Shown here: one piece after another, positions 16,914 through 26,635 of the stretch
Layout of the letters: each line of letters begins with the position of its first letter
How positions within the stretch are numbered: the first letter of the stretch is position 1
Notes under the pieces: model-generated
The model's input: only the letters and a program-made list of their open reading frames with translations
The model's database searches: none
Told to the model about the DNA's origin: nothing
Made by a program: the position numbers and the translations under genes
Assembly: GCA_045540575.1 (NCBI GenBank)
Contig: JAZQHM010000005.1
Location: forward strand, 7,210 to 71,209
Reading direction: 5' to 3'
DNA: 64,000 bases
Origin: Faecousia sp.
GTDB lineage: Bacteria > Bacillota > Clostridia > Oscillospirales > Oscillospiraceae

Positions 16914-19900
16914 TTATTCCTTTGCTGTTGCTGTGTAGAGTGCCTTATAGGTCACATCCTTGGTTACGCGCTGGATCTCATCAGCCGTACCGTCACCGTT
17001 GGAATCCCAACCGGCAAAGGTGTAGGTGTTTTCTGCATCCTCAGCCTTATCGGTAGAGCCGGTGAACGCAGGGGTCTTGCCAGCCATGTAGGTTTCCTCT
17101 GTTTCGACACCCTCTACATCCCAAGTTACGGTGTAATTGGTCTTATCGATGAGCTTAATGTCATCGATCTTGCAATTGTAAATCGCCTCAAAGCCAATCG
17201 TACCACCATTTGCGACCCAACTGGAATCGCTCATAGTTCTCTCCCATTTCCAGTTGTCACCAACTGTCAGAGTAAACTGATTTCCGATAACCGTTAGCGT
17301 AACAAGTTGTTCGCCGGTAAACACCGCGCCGCCGTTACTCTTATAAATAGAGCCGCCAGCAGAACTACCATATACAACCTTGGGAGAATTACCCATGTTA
17401 AAGAAGAAAAGTGTGTTCTGCGAATAGGGCTTGGATGCGTTACTGCGGAAGTGAATTTTGAACCATCTTCCACCAGCGCCAAAGTCGACCTTAGCGCTCA
17501 AGGTAAAGTCTTGAATTTTAACACCGTTATCCTTAAAGAACACGGGAACACCTGTGTTACTGCCATCGTGAGAAAGCGTCAGCTTTCCATCAACGACAGA
17601 CCAAGATCCAAGACTCGCCTCAAATTGACGCGTCCAGTTGCTTCCGGAATCCGCACCGGAGAAGTCTTCATCCAGGGCGACCAGTGTCTCGGGAGCATGC
17701 TTCAGGGTGATCACATTATTGGCGTTGCTTGTCATGGTGTAGCCAGTAGGCAAGTTGGTTTCTTCTACCTCAGCTACATAACTGATCGTCACGCCGCCGT
17801 GAGATTCCCGAAGTTCAACAGTCTTCTGCCAGTTTTCCGCAGATGTTACGGTGAATTCGTCGGTAGAGTAGAGATCTCCGTTCTTATAGCCCATGACTGT
17901 CACCTTAACAGGACCGGTGGGTCGAATGTTGTCAAGATTCTCACCATCATCCCAAACGATGCTGAAATCAACACTCGTTGCCGCAGGAATATAACGCAAG
18001 GTAACAGTGCCTCCGCTAATGCTTACTGTATAACCGGCAGGTATATCCGTGATCATTACCATCACGGTATACTGTGCAAGTTCATCATTAACAAACTGAG
18101 GCAGTTCATTAAACGCAAAGCTATCCGTGTTTACGATCGTAGATGCGTACTCTGCTGCGCCCTGCATCAAGGTGATCCTGACGCTGTTGGGCTGGTCAGC
18201 AGGCAGGTTATCGTCGTGATCCCAGACAATACTACCGGCAAAGCTTGTCAGCGGATCAAGCACGACCTTTGTACCCTGCTCTTCAAGGGATGTACGGTAA
18301 CCGTTTACGGTAGGCATATCCAGAGCATAGTTGATCTCGTTACCCTGACCGTCATACTTCGGCACCTCGAAGGTATAGGTCCAGCTATCATCAGCCTTCA
18401 ATACGGCGGGATAACTTGCACCGTTGCCACTCAGGTTGATAGCGAACTCTGTAATGCGGTTGCTCAGCTCATTGTTATTGTCGTTGAACTGCGCAGAAAC
18501 GGTAACATTGGTCTTTGCAACAACCGGTTCGCCCTTATTGACAACCTTGATATCATCGAAGGAAGCCTCCATATTCTGTACGCAGAAGCCTATGCCACCA
18601 GCAGAAATCGCAGCATTTGTAACATTAAACTTCTCAACACCATCGTAGTAAACTACGATGCTATCACCTCTAACAGATACCTTCAGATTATGAACTGCGC
18701 CATCCTTAGCAAAGCTTCCGGTTACAATTGCCGCATTATTCGTGCGCAAGCGCATTTCACCATTAACGAAGTAGACATAGTAGTATTTGTTTGCATCATC
18801 GGCAGAACGGAACATCAATCCGCTCCAGCAACCATTTGTGCCGGGAACAGTCATATTGACAGTCACATCATAATCCTTCCACTGGCTGGTAAGTTCCGAA
18901 GTATACCATGTGAAAGAACCGGTAGCTGTGCTGGAATTCATGATCAGCTTACCGTCATTGACTGCAACCGTAGCATCACCCCTGCTCTGCCAGCCGCTTT
19001 CCAAAGCATTGGAGAAGTCATTCTCATACAGAACATCCTCAGTTGCAGGCTCGCTGGGAACGGTAGTCACAGGCTCGCTGGGAGCTGTAGTCACAGGCTC
19101 GCTGGGCTGGGTCGTGGGAGGCTCAACGGGAGGCACAATTGCTGCGCCCTTATTGACAACCTTCAGATCATCAAAAATACCTTCCATGTTCTGTGCGCCG
19201 AAGCCAACACCACCCGCAGCAATACCGCTAACGGTATTGTTGATCTTCAGGGCATTGTCATAGTAGACAGAAACTGTGCTTTCGCCATTCTCACCGGTAC
19301 GAATTGCAACCGTCACATCGTGTGCTGCACCATCAGCGGTAAAGGAAGCGTTTGCAAGATATGCACCAGCCTTATCACGCAGATAGATCTTACCGTTAAA
19401 GAACATGATACGGTAGTAGTTGTCCAGATCATCCGCAGTACGGAAGATAAGGTCTACCCACTTACCATTGCTGCTCGGAACGGTGATCTTAGCGGATACA
19501 TCATAGTCCTTCCACAGACTTGTAGTTGCAGAAGTGTACCATGCATAGGTAATCTTATCAGACAAACCAATCTTAAGTGCACCATTCTCAACAGTTGCAT
19601 TGTCGATACTGGTCTTCCAGCCGCTTTCCAGAGCATTGGAGAAGTCGTTCTCATACAGAACATCCTCGGGCTCAGTTACGGGAGGTACGGTAGGCGCCTG
19701 TGTTGCGCCGGGCTCAGTGGGAGTTGTCTCAACAGGAGGATCCTGATTGTAGATCTTGATGTCGCTGAAGGAATAAGCGCGGCTGTAGCTGTAGAAGCAG
19801 ATGGAGCCGGGCTTTACTTCCAGCTTGTCATCAGTAGCTGTCAGAATCTCCTTGCCGTCAACAAACAGAGAAATCGTGGTGTCTTCAACAACAATCTTGA

Positions 19901-22900
19901 AGTAATGCTCCTTGCCGTCAAAGATATTGGTTCCCTTTTCTTCCACAACGACTCCGCCGGACATAATCTTAGCAGAATCAGTGCCTGCGTTCAGCAGGTA
20001 GATGTACGGACCCTTTCTGTCGCTGGCAGTACGCAGGTATACATGCAGCCAGCTGCTGGAATCCGTTGTCTGCGGCATAACAGCCTTGAAGGTCATGGTA
20101 AAGTTCGTCCAGTTACCGTTCTTGTAGTACAGGCTGTGGTACGGTGTAATATACTGCACCTTACCGTCCACATAGTCATACTTGCCGCCAGTCATGGAGA
20201 TGTCCCAGTTGCCAAGGCCGTTGGCTGTGAAGTCCTCGCTCATAACCTCGTCACCGTCGATCACATCCGTGCTGGAATCGTAGGGAGGCTCAGTAGGAAC
20301 AGGAGGCTCAGTGGGATCGATTGCACCCTCGGGCAGTAGATCACCGGTCTTAACGACCACAAGGTCCTCAACCTCAAGCTTTGCACTCTGCGTGCCAAAG
20401 CCCACAGTGCCGCCAATAATGGAAGCATCCTGTACAGTAAGAACACGCGCACCATCGATGTAAATCTTAACGATGTCGCCCTTTACGGAAACACAGATGT
20501 CATGCAGCTTGCCGTCAGTTGCAGCAGAAGAATTAACATTCTTGATTGCGCTGTTCTTGTTACTGCCGAACTGCAGATTGCCGTTCAGGAAGCGCACATG
20601 GTAATACTTGCTCAGATCATCCTTTGCACGCAGGATGATACCGCTCCATTTACCATTGCCATCGGGAGAAGTGATCTTTGCATGAATATCATAATCGCCC
20701 CAACGGCCGGAATCGGTTCCGGTGTACCAGACAAAGGAGCCGGTATTGGAAGTAGAATCCACAGTCAGCTTACCATTGTCAACGCTGATAGCAGCATCGC
20801 CCTTGGTCTGCCAGCTGTCACTCAAGTCATTATTGAATTCTTCCTTCAAAATGACATCGGAATCACTGTAAGTGGGAACGCGGTCCTCAGCAGGAACGGT
20901 TGCAGGGGGCTCAGTAGGCTCAGTTGCGCCCTCAGGCAGCAGATCACCGGTCTTAACAACCACCAGCTGCTCTACATCCAGCTTTGCATGCTGAGTTCCA
21001 AAACCGACAGTTCCGCCAACAAGAGAAGGATCCTGCACTGTAAGAATACGTCTGCCATCAACATAAATCTTAACGGTGTCGCCCTTTACAGAAACGCAGA
21101 TGTCATGCATCTTGCCATCTGTTGCGGCAGAAGAGTTTGTATTCTTGATTGCGCTGGACTTATTGCTGCCAAACTGCAGATTGCCGTTCAGGAAGCGCAC
21201 ATGGTAATACTTGCTCAGATCATCCTTTGCACGCAGGATGATACCGCTCCATTTACCATTGCCATCGGGAGAGCTGATCTTCGCATGAATATCATAATCG
21301 CCCCAACGGTCGGAATCGGTTCCGGTGTACCAGACAAAGGAGCCGGTATCGGAAGTAGAATCCACAGTCAGCTTACCATTGTCAACACTGATAGCAGCAT
21401 CGCCCTTGGTCTGCCAGCTGTCGCTCAAGTCATTATTGAATTCTTCCTTCAAAATGACATTGGAATCGCTGTAAGTGGGAGCGCGATCCTCAGCGGGAAT
21501 CGTTGCAGGAGGCTCAGTAGGCTCAGTTGCGCCCTCAGGCAGCAGATCACCGGTCTTAACGACCACCAGATCATCAAAGGTTGCCGTTGCATTCTGCACA
21601 CCAAAGCCCACAGTACCACCGATAAGAGAGGTATCCTCAACGGTAAACAGGCGCTTGCCGTCGATGTAGACCTTAATCTCGCCACCCTTTACGCTGATGC
21701 AAATATTGTGGGTGTTGCCATCGGTGGTCACGCCGGTGGAGTAGTTCTTCAGATCAGATTGAGTGCTGCTGCCAAGCTGAACCAGCTTGTTCAAGAAGCG
21801 CATATGATAATACTTGCTCAGATCATCCTTTGCGCGGAATACAACACCTGCCCACTTACCGCCTTCAGTGTTGGCGGTCATCTTGAAATGAATATCATAG
21901 TCTGCCCAGCGGCTGGCTTCTTCCAGGTTGTACCACACAAAGGAACCAGTGCTGGTTTCGGACTTCATAGTCAGAACGCCATCCTTAACGGAGATTTCCG
22001 CGTCGCCCTTGCTTGTCCAATTCTCGTCCAATTTGTCAGCAAAGTCTTCTCTCAGGATAACATCCTTCTCATCATAGCCGGGAACAGCATCGGGATCGCT
22101 GGGATCGGATGTGCCGGGAGTGTTAGGTCCCTCAGGCTTTTCGAGGATAGGATCATCCGTGGTATAGACCTTCACATTGTCGAAGGTATAACCATTGCCG
22201 AAGCAAGTGAAGGAAATGGTGCCGGGTTCAGGAATAATACGCTCGTCAGTTGTGGAAAGCAAAAGAACGTTATCCACATAGATGTCAATGGTGTCATTCT
22301 TGACCTCAATGCGCACCTTATGCTCATTTCCGTCATGAAACTTGGAAACATTACCACCATAAGTGAGATTCAGCTCTTCCAGGCGTTCGTTAACCTTCAG
22401 ATAGTCTCTGCTCAGGTTCTGAAAGTAGACAAAAGGCTTATCCTGTCCGTCAGTTGTACGCAGTCCGATGCGAAGCCAGCCGGTCGCCTTGTCCGTTCTG
22501 GGAAAAGTCGCATCAAACATTAAAGTAAAATTTTTCCAGTAGCCCTTCTTGTACAGCAAGGTGCCACCATTACCCTTATCGATCTGGTTGTAGCCAGCCT
22601 TGCCGTCTTCAAAGAAAAAACTTCCGTATTCCTCACCCATAATCTCCCAATCAGTGGGCTGTGCATCCATGCTTTCGTCGAGCACCAACGTGCCGTCAGG
22701 CACGTAGGTGTCAACTTCCTCACCGGGAGCGGGTTTCTTCAAAATAGGGTTATCGTCGCAGTAAATCTTGATGTCATTGACCATGTAGCCTTCATTATTG
22801 TAGGCTGCAAAGCCAATACTGCCGGGATCAGTGCAAAGCTTATCGCTTTCGTAGGTAGCGACGCTCCAATCATCGATCAGAACTTCAAGCGTGTTGTCCT

Positions 22901-25900
22901 TGACCTTGATTTTGACCTCATGTTCCCTACCGTCGTGGTAAGCGGTAACTGCACCGCCAACAACTTCCTTCAGCATACCATTTTTGCTATCCATGATACG
23001 CATGCGGTCAGAGTTGGTCAGGTTCATCAAGTAGATGTATGAACCATCTCTGCAGTCAGAAGTTCTAAAGAAGATCTGGAACCATCCGTTTGTGGTGTAG
23101 GTATCGGGAAGGGTCATGTTCAGAACCATGGTGAAGTTCTTCCAGTAGCCGTCAGCATAATAGGTGCTGTTGCCTTCTTCATCGCCGGTCTGCTTGAACT
23201 TCAGCTGACCATCCGCGAAGGAGAACTCACCGCTCTCACCCTTCAGATTCATCCACTGCTCAGCATTGGCAGGCTTGGAGAAATCTTCGGTGTAGACTAC
23301 CTTACCGGTAGGGGTGGTGTCAACCTCAGGCTCGATCTCGACACCGTCGCTGGCAATTTCCTTAACAACGATGTTGTCGAAGATGACCTCTGTCATGTTC
23401 TGCTGGAACAGACCGATGGAGCCCTTCTTATACATCTTGTCGTCGTCTTCCCAAACCTTCATGCCGTTCAGGTACAGACGGAAGGTATCATCGATAACGA
23501 TGACCTTCAGCTCCGCAACCTCGCCCTTGGGCAGGCTGGACATAGCCTTAACACCCATCTGGGTCCAGCTGCCGGGCCAACCCTTAACGACCTGGGTATT
23601 ATCGTTAACGAAACGGAAGCCGTAGTAGCCGGTCTTATTGTCGTTGCAGCGGAAGATCAGACCTGCCCACATACCGCCCTTTTCAGGCTGGCGGACATCA
23701 CAGGTAAACTCATAGTTGACCCAATCGTAGCCGCCCTCGTAGATGATGATGTTCTCACCGGGGATACCCGTGGTGCCGGTCATAATTCCGCCGTTGATCT
23801 TCCATTCGCCGGAGTACTCTTTCCAATTGGACATTACAGCGGGATCAGTAAAGCTTTCTTCGTACAGGATCTTGCCGGTGTACTCGGGTGTGTCGTCAAC
23901 TTCCTGCATCTGAACGATTTGATAACCTCTTGCAGACTTAACGCTGATGTTATCAAACATACGGCTTTCACGGAAGGAGTAAACAGCCGCAGTACCCACG
24001 GGATGAGTGGAATCCTTTGCCGTACCGATCTTCTTATCGTTGACATAGAATTCAAACTGATCACCAACAGCAATGACCTTCAGGTCATAAAGCTTATTGG
24101 TGCTCCAGTCAAACTTCAGATACTTAATGGAAGCAAACTTATCGTTGTTCCAAACACAGAATTCCATCTGCTCGCCGCCGCTTTCGGGATGGAAGCGGAA
24201 GCCGTACATATTCTCAAGGCCTTCATCCGCACGGAAAACAATACCACTGGAAGGACCGTTTTTGGACGGGGACAGAACGGTTGCGGAGAACTCATAGTCA
24301 GACCACTCAAGACCATCGCGAGCGCCAAGGATGGCGTGGCCTTCCAGGTCGGTAGTGTTCATCTGCAGCAGACCGTTCTTCAAGATCCACTGACCCTTAC
24401 TTCTTGCGCACTCCAGCCATGCTTCCAGCGTGGTGGTGGATTCAAAGTCCTCTTCAATCAGAACCGTGCCAGCCTCAGGCATGGAGCCGACCTCGGGGGC
24501 TTCATAGATGGTATGGTCGACCTTTGCAAGCCAGGAAGGATCCTGGAATACCAGTCCGCCGGGCTCGTACTTCTCAGTACCGTCCATATCATAGACGCCC
24601 ATGTCCCAGGTATCGCCACGGAGGGTGTAATCCTTATCGAAGGCAACGAAGAAGGACTGACCGGACAGACCCTTCTGCTCACCAATAGCAGTACCTGCGC
24701 CGATGGCAGGGCTGCCAGCCTTCAGATGCCAGTCGGACTTATCAGCCACGAACATAGGATCCTTGTTGTAGATACTATGCGCTTCCTGAGGGTCTGTGCC
24801 TGCGTTGCCGTAGAACAGGTTGTAGTCAAAGTCGGGGTTAATGGGCTCATCCTTCATGTTGTAAGCAGCACGCTTACTGTTCATGATGATGTTGTTCTTG
24901 AACTGAGGGTTGTTAACGGTGGGACTCCACTCCCACTGCACGACCTCATTGTTTGCAGTCTGAGACTCCATGCCAATAACTGCGCCGATGACCACGTTGT
25001 TGAAGAAGCCGCAGTCCTTGGCACCCATGAAGGAAAGACCGATATCCCAAGAACCGTTATCCTGGGCAACAATCACATTGTTGAAAGCGTAGCAATTGAA
25101 TGCTTCCCAGTCTTCCGTGGTGCAACCCCAGGTAGAAACGTTGTCGGTCGCGCCGCCAAGCTGCATTGCCCACTGACCCTTCACATTCTTGTTGACAATG
25201 TAGTTATTGTAGAACAAGTTGCTACGGGAGCCGCCCTTACACATCAGGGCGACACGGCCAATGTCCTCACAGGTGTTGTTGCGGACGATGGAATCGCGGA
25301 CATTAACGAAGTCGATGGCTTCACAGCCGGAATTGTAGATATAGTTACCTTCGATCAGCAAACCGGAGGCACCGGCGACCTTCAAAGGCTCTTCCAATGC
25401 GCCGTGCAGGGTATTGTTGCGGAAGGTAATGTTGTTACAGGAAGCAACACGGATCAGAATATCCATGTTGGCATTGGGGTGGGTATCGTCAGCCATCTTG
25501 ACCTGGGTAATATCAAAGCCTTCGATGGTGATGTATTCCTTATTCTTGATCTGCATACAGTCAGTACCGCAAAGGCTCTCTGGATACACGATCTTAACCT
25601 TACCTGCATTACGGGCCTTGATGGTGATGGGTGCCTCTTCCGTACCGCTGTTCATGAATACAGTCATAGCACCTTCGTTGTAGGTGCCGTCTTCAAAAAT
25701 GTAGGTCTGACCAGGCTTTGCCAGCTGAGATACACGGCGCATGGTCTTCAGAGGCTCTGCCTCTGTGCCGGGGTTGCCGTCGTGACCGGTGGGAGAAACG
25801 TAGAACACAGTCTGCTCTTCGATCTCACCGCCCAGCTGCTTACCGGACAGAGTCACATCAAAGGTGATGCCCTCGTATGCTGCTTCAGCCTTGTCGTCCA

Positions 25901-26435
25901 TATGTACGGCAAGAACAAAGTAATTGCTCTCACCGGCAGCCAGCACAACATCAGAGGTCGTCGTGGTAGAACCAAGGACAACATTACCCTGAGTAGCCGC
26001 CTTCTTCTGAATGGATTTCCAGGTTTCCATATTGGTTGCAGAATAATCGTCGTAAGACATATCCTGCAGCACAGCATAGGTCAGCCCGGTGGGCACACCT
26101 GCTGCATCGGAAAGCTGCACATCCTGTGTGACACTAAAACTAATATCGCTGGAGCCGGTATTCTTTACCTGCAAAAATGCAAGCTCGATCTTGCCGGGTT
26201 CCCAAACGACACCGTTTTTGCCACCGTCAAAAATATCTCCTTTGCCGTCGGAAATATCAACGTACTCCGTTCCGTTGTGCTTCCACAGCTCCAGGTCGAG
26301 ATTCGACGTGGTAATGCGGTTTTTGCCACCGCCCACAATTGCCATGGCGATAATACCGATCACCAAAGCAACGCACAGAACCAACGATACCGCGCTGGTC
26401 CAGAGCAGTGTCTTCTTGCTCATCTTTCTAATCAT
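16914..26435 (-). CDS. 3173-aa modular surface protein: N-terminal TM + TasA/SipW-type domain, right-handed beta-helix (PL9/DUF1565-like), 11 DUF1080/CBM66-like beta-jelly-roll modules, 3 CnaB-type domains, C-terminal B-repeat-like domain
   Basis: Hydrophobic N-terminus; FYVSPTGHDGNPGTEAEP..SGTEEAPITIKA beta-helix entry; repeated (L/Y)xEDF..W..G..W.DY..G(I/V)(I/V)FR..YY..G.(I/V)G...FDD modules separated by PTEP linkers; IVWDDGENLDNIRP CnaB motif; YTFAGW..TYKA.Y; AGGAGG RBS. Confidence 0.85.
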   Translation of the reverse strand: MIRKMSKKTLLWTSAVSLVLCVALVIGIIAMAIVGGGKNRITTSNLDLELWKHNGTEYVDISDGKGDIFDGGKNGVVWEPGKIELAFLQVKNTGSSDISFSVTQDVQLSDAAGVPTGLTYAVLQDMSYDDYSATNMETWKSIQKKAATQGNVVLGSTTTTSDVVLAAGESNYFVLAVHMDDKAEAAYEGITFDVTLSGKQLGGEIEEQTVFYVSPTGHDGNPGTEAEPLKTMRRVSQLAKPGQTYIFEDGTYNEGAMTVFMNSGTEEAPITIKARNAGKVKIVYPESLCGTDCMQIKNKEYITIEGFDITQVKMADDTHPNANMDILIRVASCNNITFRNNTLHGALEEPLKVAGASGLLIEGNYIYNSGCEAIDFVNVRDSIVRNNTCEDIGRVALMCKGGSRSNLFYNNYIVNKNVKGQWAMQLGGATDNVSTWGCTTEDWEAFNCYAFNNVIVAQDNGSWDIGLSFMGAKDCGFFNNVVIGAVIGMESQTANNEVVQWEWSPTVNNPQFKNNIIMNSKRAAYNMKDEPINPDFDYNLFYGNAGTDPQEAHSIYNKDPMFVADKSDWHLKAGSPAIGAGTAIGEQKGLSGQSFFVAFDKDYTLRGDTWDMGVYDMDGTEKYEPGGLVFQDPSWLAKVDHTIYEAPEVGSMPEAGTVLIEEDFESTTTLEAWLECARSKGQWILKNGLLQMNTTDLEGHAILGARDGLEWSDYEFSATVLSPSKNGPSSGIVFRADEGLENMYGFRFHPESGGEQMEFCVWNNDKFASIKYLKFDWSTNKLYDLKVIAVGDQFEFYVNDKKIGTAKDSTHPVGTAAVYSFRESRMFDNISVKSARGYQIVQMQEVDDTPEYTGKILYEESFTDPAVMSNWKEYSGEWKINGGIMTGTTGIPGENIIIYEGGYDWVNYEFTCDVRQPEKGGMWAGLIFRCNDNKTGYYGFRFVNDNTQVVKGWPGSWTQMGVKAMSSLPKGEVAELKVIVIDDTFRLYLNGMKVWEDDDKMYKKGSIGLFQQNMTEVIFDNIVVKEIASDGVEIEPEVDTTPTGKVVYTEDFSKPANAEQWMNLKGESGEFSFADGQLKFKQTGDEEGNSTYYADGYWKNFTMVLNMTLPDTYTTNGWFQIFFRTSDCRDGSYIYLMNLTNSDRMRIMDSKNGMLKEVVGGAVTAYHDGREHEVKIKVKDNTLEVLIDDWSVATYESDKLCTDPGSIGFAAYNNEGYMVNDIKIYCDDNPILKKPAPGEEVDTYVPDGTLVLDESMDAQPTDWEIMGEEYGSFFFEDGKAGYNQIDKGNGGTLLYKKGYWKNFTLMFDATFPRTDKATGWLRIGLRTTDGQDKPFVYFQNLSRDYLKVNERLEELNLTYGGNVSKFHDGNEHKVRIEVKNDTIDIYVDNVLLLSTTDERIIPEPGTISFTCFGNGYTFDNVKVYTTDDPILEKPEGPNTPGTSDPSDPDAVPGYDEKDVILREDFADKLDENWTSKGDAEISVKDGVLTMKSETSTGSFVWYNLEEASRWADYDIHFKMTANTEGGKWAGVVFRAKDDLSKYYHMRFLNKLVQLGSSTQSDLKNYSTGVTTDGNTHNICISVKGGEIKVYIDGKRLFTVEDTSLIGGTVGFGVQNATATFDDLVVVKTGDLLPEGATEPTEPPATIPAEDRAPTYSDSNVILKEEFNNDLSDSWQTKGDAAISVDNGKLTVDSTSDTGSFVWYTGTDSDRWGDYDIHAKISSPDGNGKWSGIILRAKDDLSKYYHVRFLNGNLQFGSNKSSAIKNTNSSAATDGKMHDICVSVKGDTVKIYVDGRRILTVQDPSLVGGTVGFGTQHAKLDVEQLVVVKTGDLLPEGATEPTEPPATVPAEDRVPTYSDSDVILKEEFNNDLSDSWQTKGDAAISVDNGKLTVDSTSNTGSFVWYTGTDSGRWGDYDIHAKITSPDGNGKWSGIILRAKDDLSKYYHVRFLNGNLQFGSNKNSAIKNVNSSAATDGKLHDICVSVKGDIVKIYIDGARVLTVQDASIIGGTVGFGTQSAKLEVEDLVVVKTGDLLPEGAIDPTEPPVPTEPPYDSSTDVIDGDEVMSEDFTANGLGNWDISMTGGKYDYVDGKVQYITPYHSLYYKNGNWTNFTMTFKAVMPQTTDSSSWLHVYLRTASDRKGPYIYLLNAGTDSAKIMSGGVVVEEKGTNIFDGKEHYFKIVVEDTTISLFVDGKEILTATDDKLEVKPGSICFYSYSRAYSFSDIKIYNQDPPVETTPTEPGATQAPTVPPVTEPEDVLYENDFSNALESGWKTSIDNATVENGALKIGLSDKITYAWYTSATTSLWKDYDVSAKITVPSSNGKWVDLIFRTADDLDNYYRIMFFNGKIYLRDKAGAYLANASFTADGAAHDVTVAIRTGENGESTVSVYYDNALKINNTVSGIAAGGVGFGAQNMEGIFDDLKVVNKGAAIVPPVEPPTTQPSEPVTTAPSEPVTTVPSEPATEDVLYENDFSNALESGWQSRGDATVAVNDGKLIMNSSTATGSFTWYTSELTSQWKDYDVTVNMTVPGTNGCWSGLMFRSADDANKYYYVYFVNGEMRLRTNNAAIVTGSFAKDGAVHNLKVSVRGDSIVVYYDGVEKFNVTNAAISAGGIGFCVQNMEASFDDIKVVNKGEPVVAKTNVTVSAQFNDNNNELSNRITEFAINLSGNGASYPAVLKADDSWTYTFEVPKYDGQGNEINYALDMPTVNGYRTSLEEQGTKVVLDPLTSFAGSIVWDHDDNLPADQPNSVRITLMQGAAEYASTIVNTDSFAFNELPQFVNDELAQYTVMVMITDIPAGYTVSISGGTVTLRYIPAATSVDFSIVWDDGENLDNIRPTGPVKVTVMGYKNGDLYSTDEFTVTSAENWQKTVELRESHGGVTISYVAEVEETNLPTGYTMTSNANNVITLKHAPETLVALDEDFSGADSGSNWTRQFEASLGSWSVVDGKLTLSHDGSNTGVPVFFKDNGVKIQDFTLSAKVDFGAGGRWFKIHFRSNASKPYSQNTLFFFNMGNSPKVVYGSSAGGSIYKSNGGAVFTGEQLVTLTVIGNQFTLTVGDNWKWERTMSDSSWVANGGTIGFEAIYNCKIDDIKLIDKTNYTVTWDVEGVETEETYMAGKTPAFTGSTDKAEDAENTYTFAGWDSNGDGTADEIQRVTKDVTYKALYTATAKE
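19046..19106. repeat. 24-bp coding tandem repeat (PSEPVTT linker)
   Basis: CAGGCTCGCTGGG at 19046, 19070 and 19094. Confidence 0.8.
20338..22060. repeat. 603-bp intragenic tandem repeat, about 3 units (modules 5-7 of the giant protein)
   Basis: AGATCACCGGTCTTAAC recurs at 20338, 20941 and 21544. The first two units are nearly identical in DNA; the third is more diverged. Confidence 0.9.
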
Positions 26436-26498
26436 AGGATTCCCTCCTAATCTAATTTAGAATCAGCATCGAACATACCGATTCTGCTTCTATCATAT

Positions 26499-26563
26499 AG
26501 TATACATTCAAGACCGAAATCCAACAATGCAAATTTGTACACAGTTTATACAAATTGGTACAC
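26499..26563 (-). promoter_or_regulatory. Promoter of the giant gene with a tandem activator site
   Basis: Minus strand GTGTACCAATTTGTA-N6-GTGTACAAATTTGCA (21-bp period) abutting TTGTTG-17 nt-TATACT. Confidence 0.75.
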
Positions 26564-26593
26564 TCTTTCGCTTTCTTTTGGTGATTCATGCAT

Positions 26594-26625
26594 AAAAGCC
26601 CAGGACCGGTACGGTTCGGGGCTTT
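26594..26625 (-). terminator. Intrinsic terminator ending the long catabolic operon
   Basis: Minus strand AAAGCCCCGAACCG-TAC-CGGTCCTGGGCTTTT. Confidence 0.7.
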
Positions 26626-26635
26626 CTCATTGCTA

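Noticed and set aside
19046-22060. Tandem repeats as a CRISPR array or non-coding repeat
   Set aside because: Periods of 24 and 603 bp are multiples of three, lie in frame within a CDS, have no unique spacers, and no cas genes are present.
18540-24470. Repeated modules as cohesins (cellulosome scaffoldin) or as catalytic 3-keto-glycoside lyases
   Set aside because: Motifs fit a ConA-like jelly roll rather than cohesin, no dockerin proteins are present, and the GxIxLQxH motif I associate with catalytic DUF1080 enzymes is missing. A structure search would settle the second point.
17307-26450. Very long plus-strand ORFs (1010, 673 and 843 aa) opposite the giant gene
   Set aside because: Antisense shadows produced by codon bias of the real minus-strand gene; no RBS or recognisable motifs.
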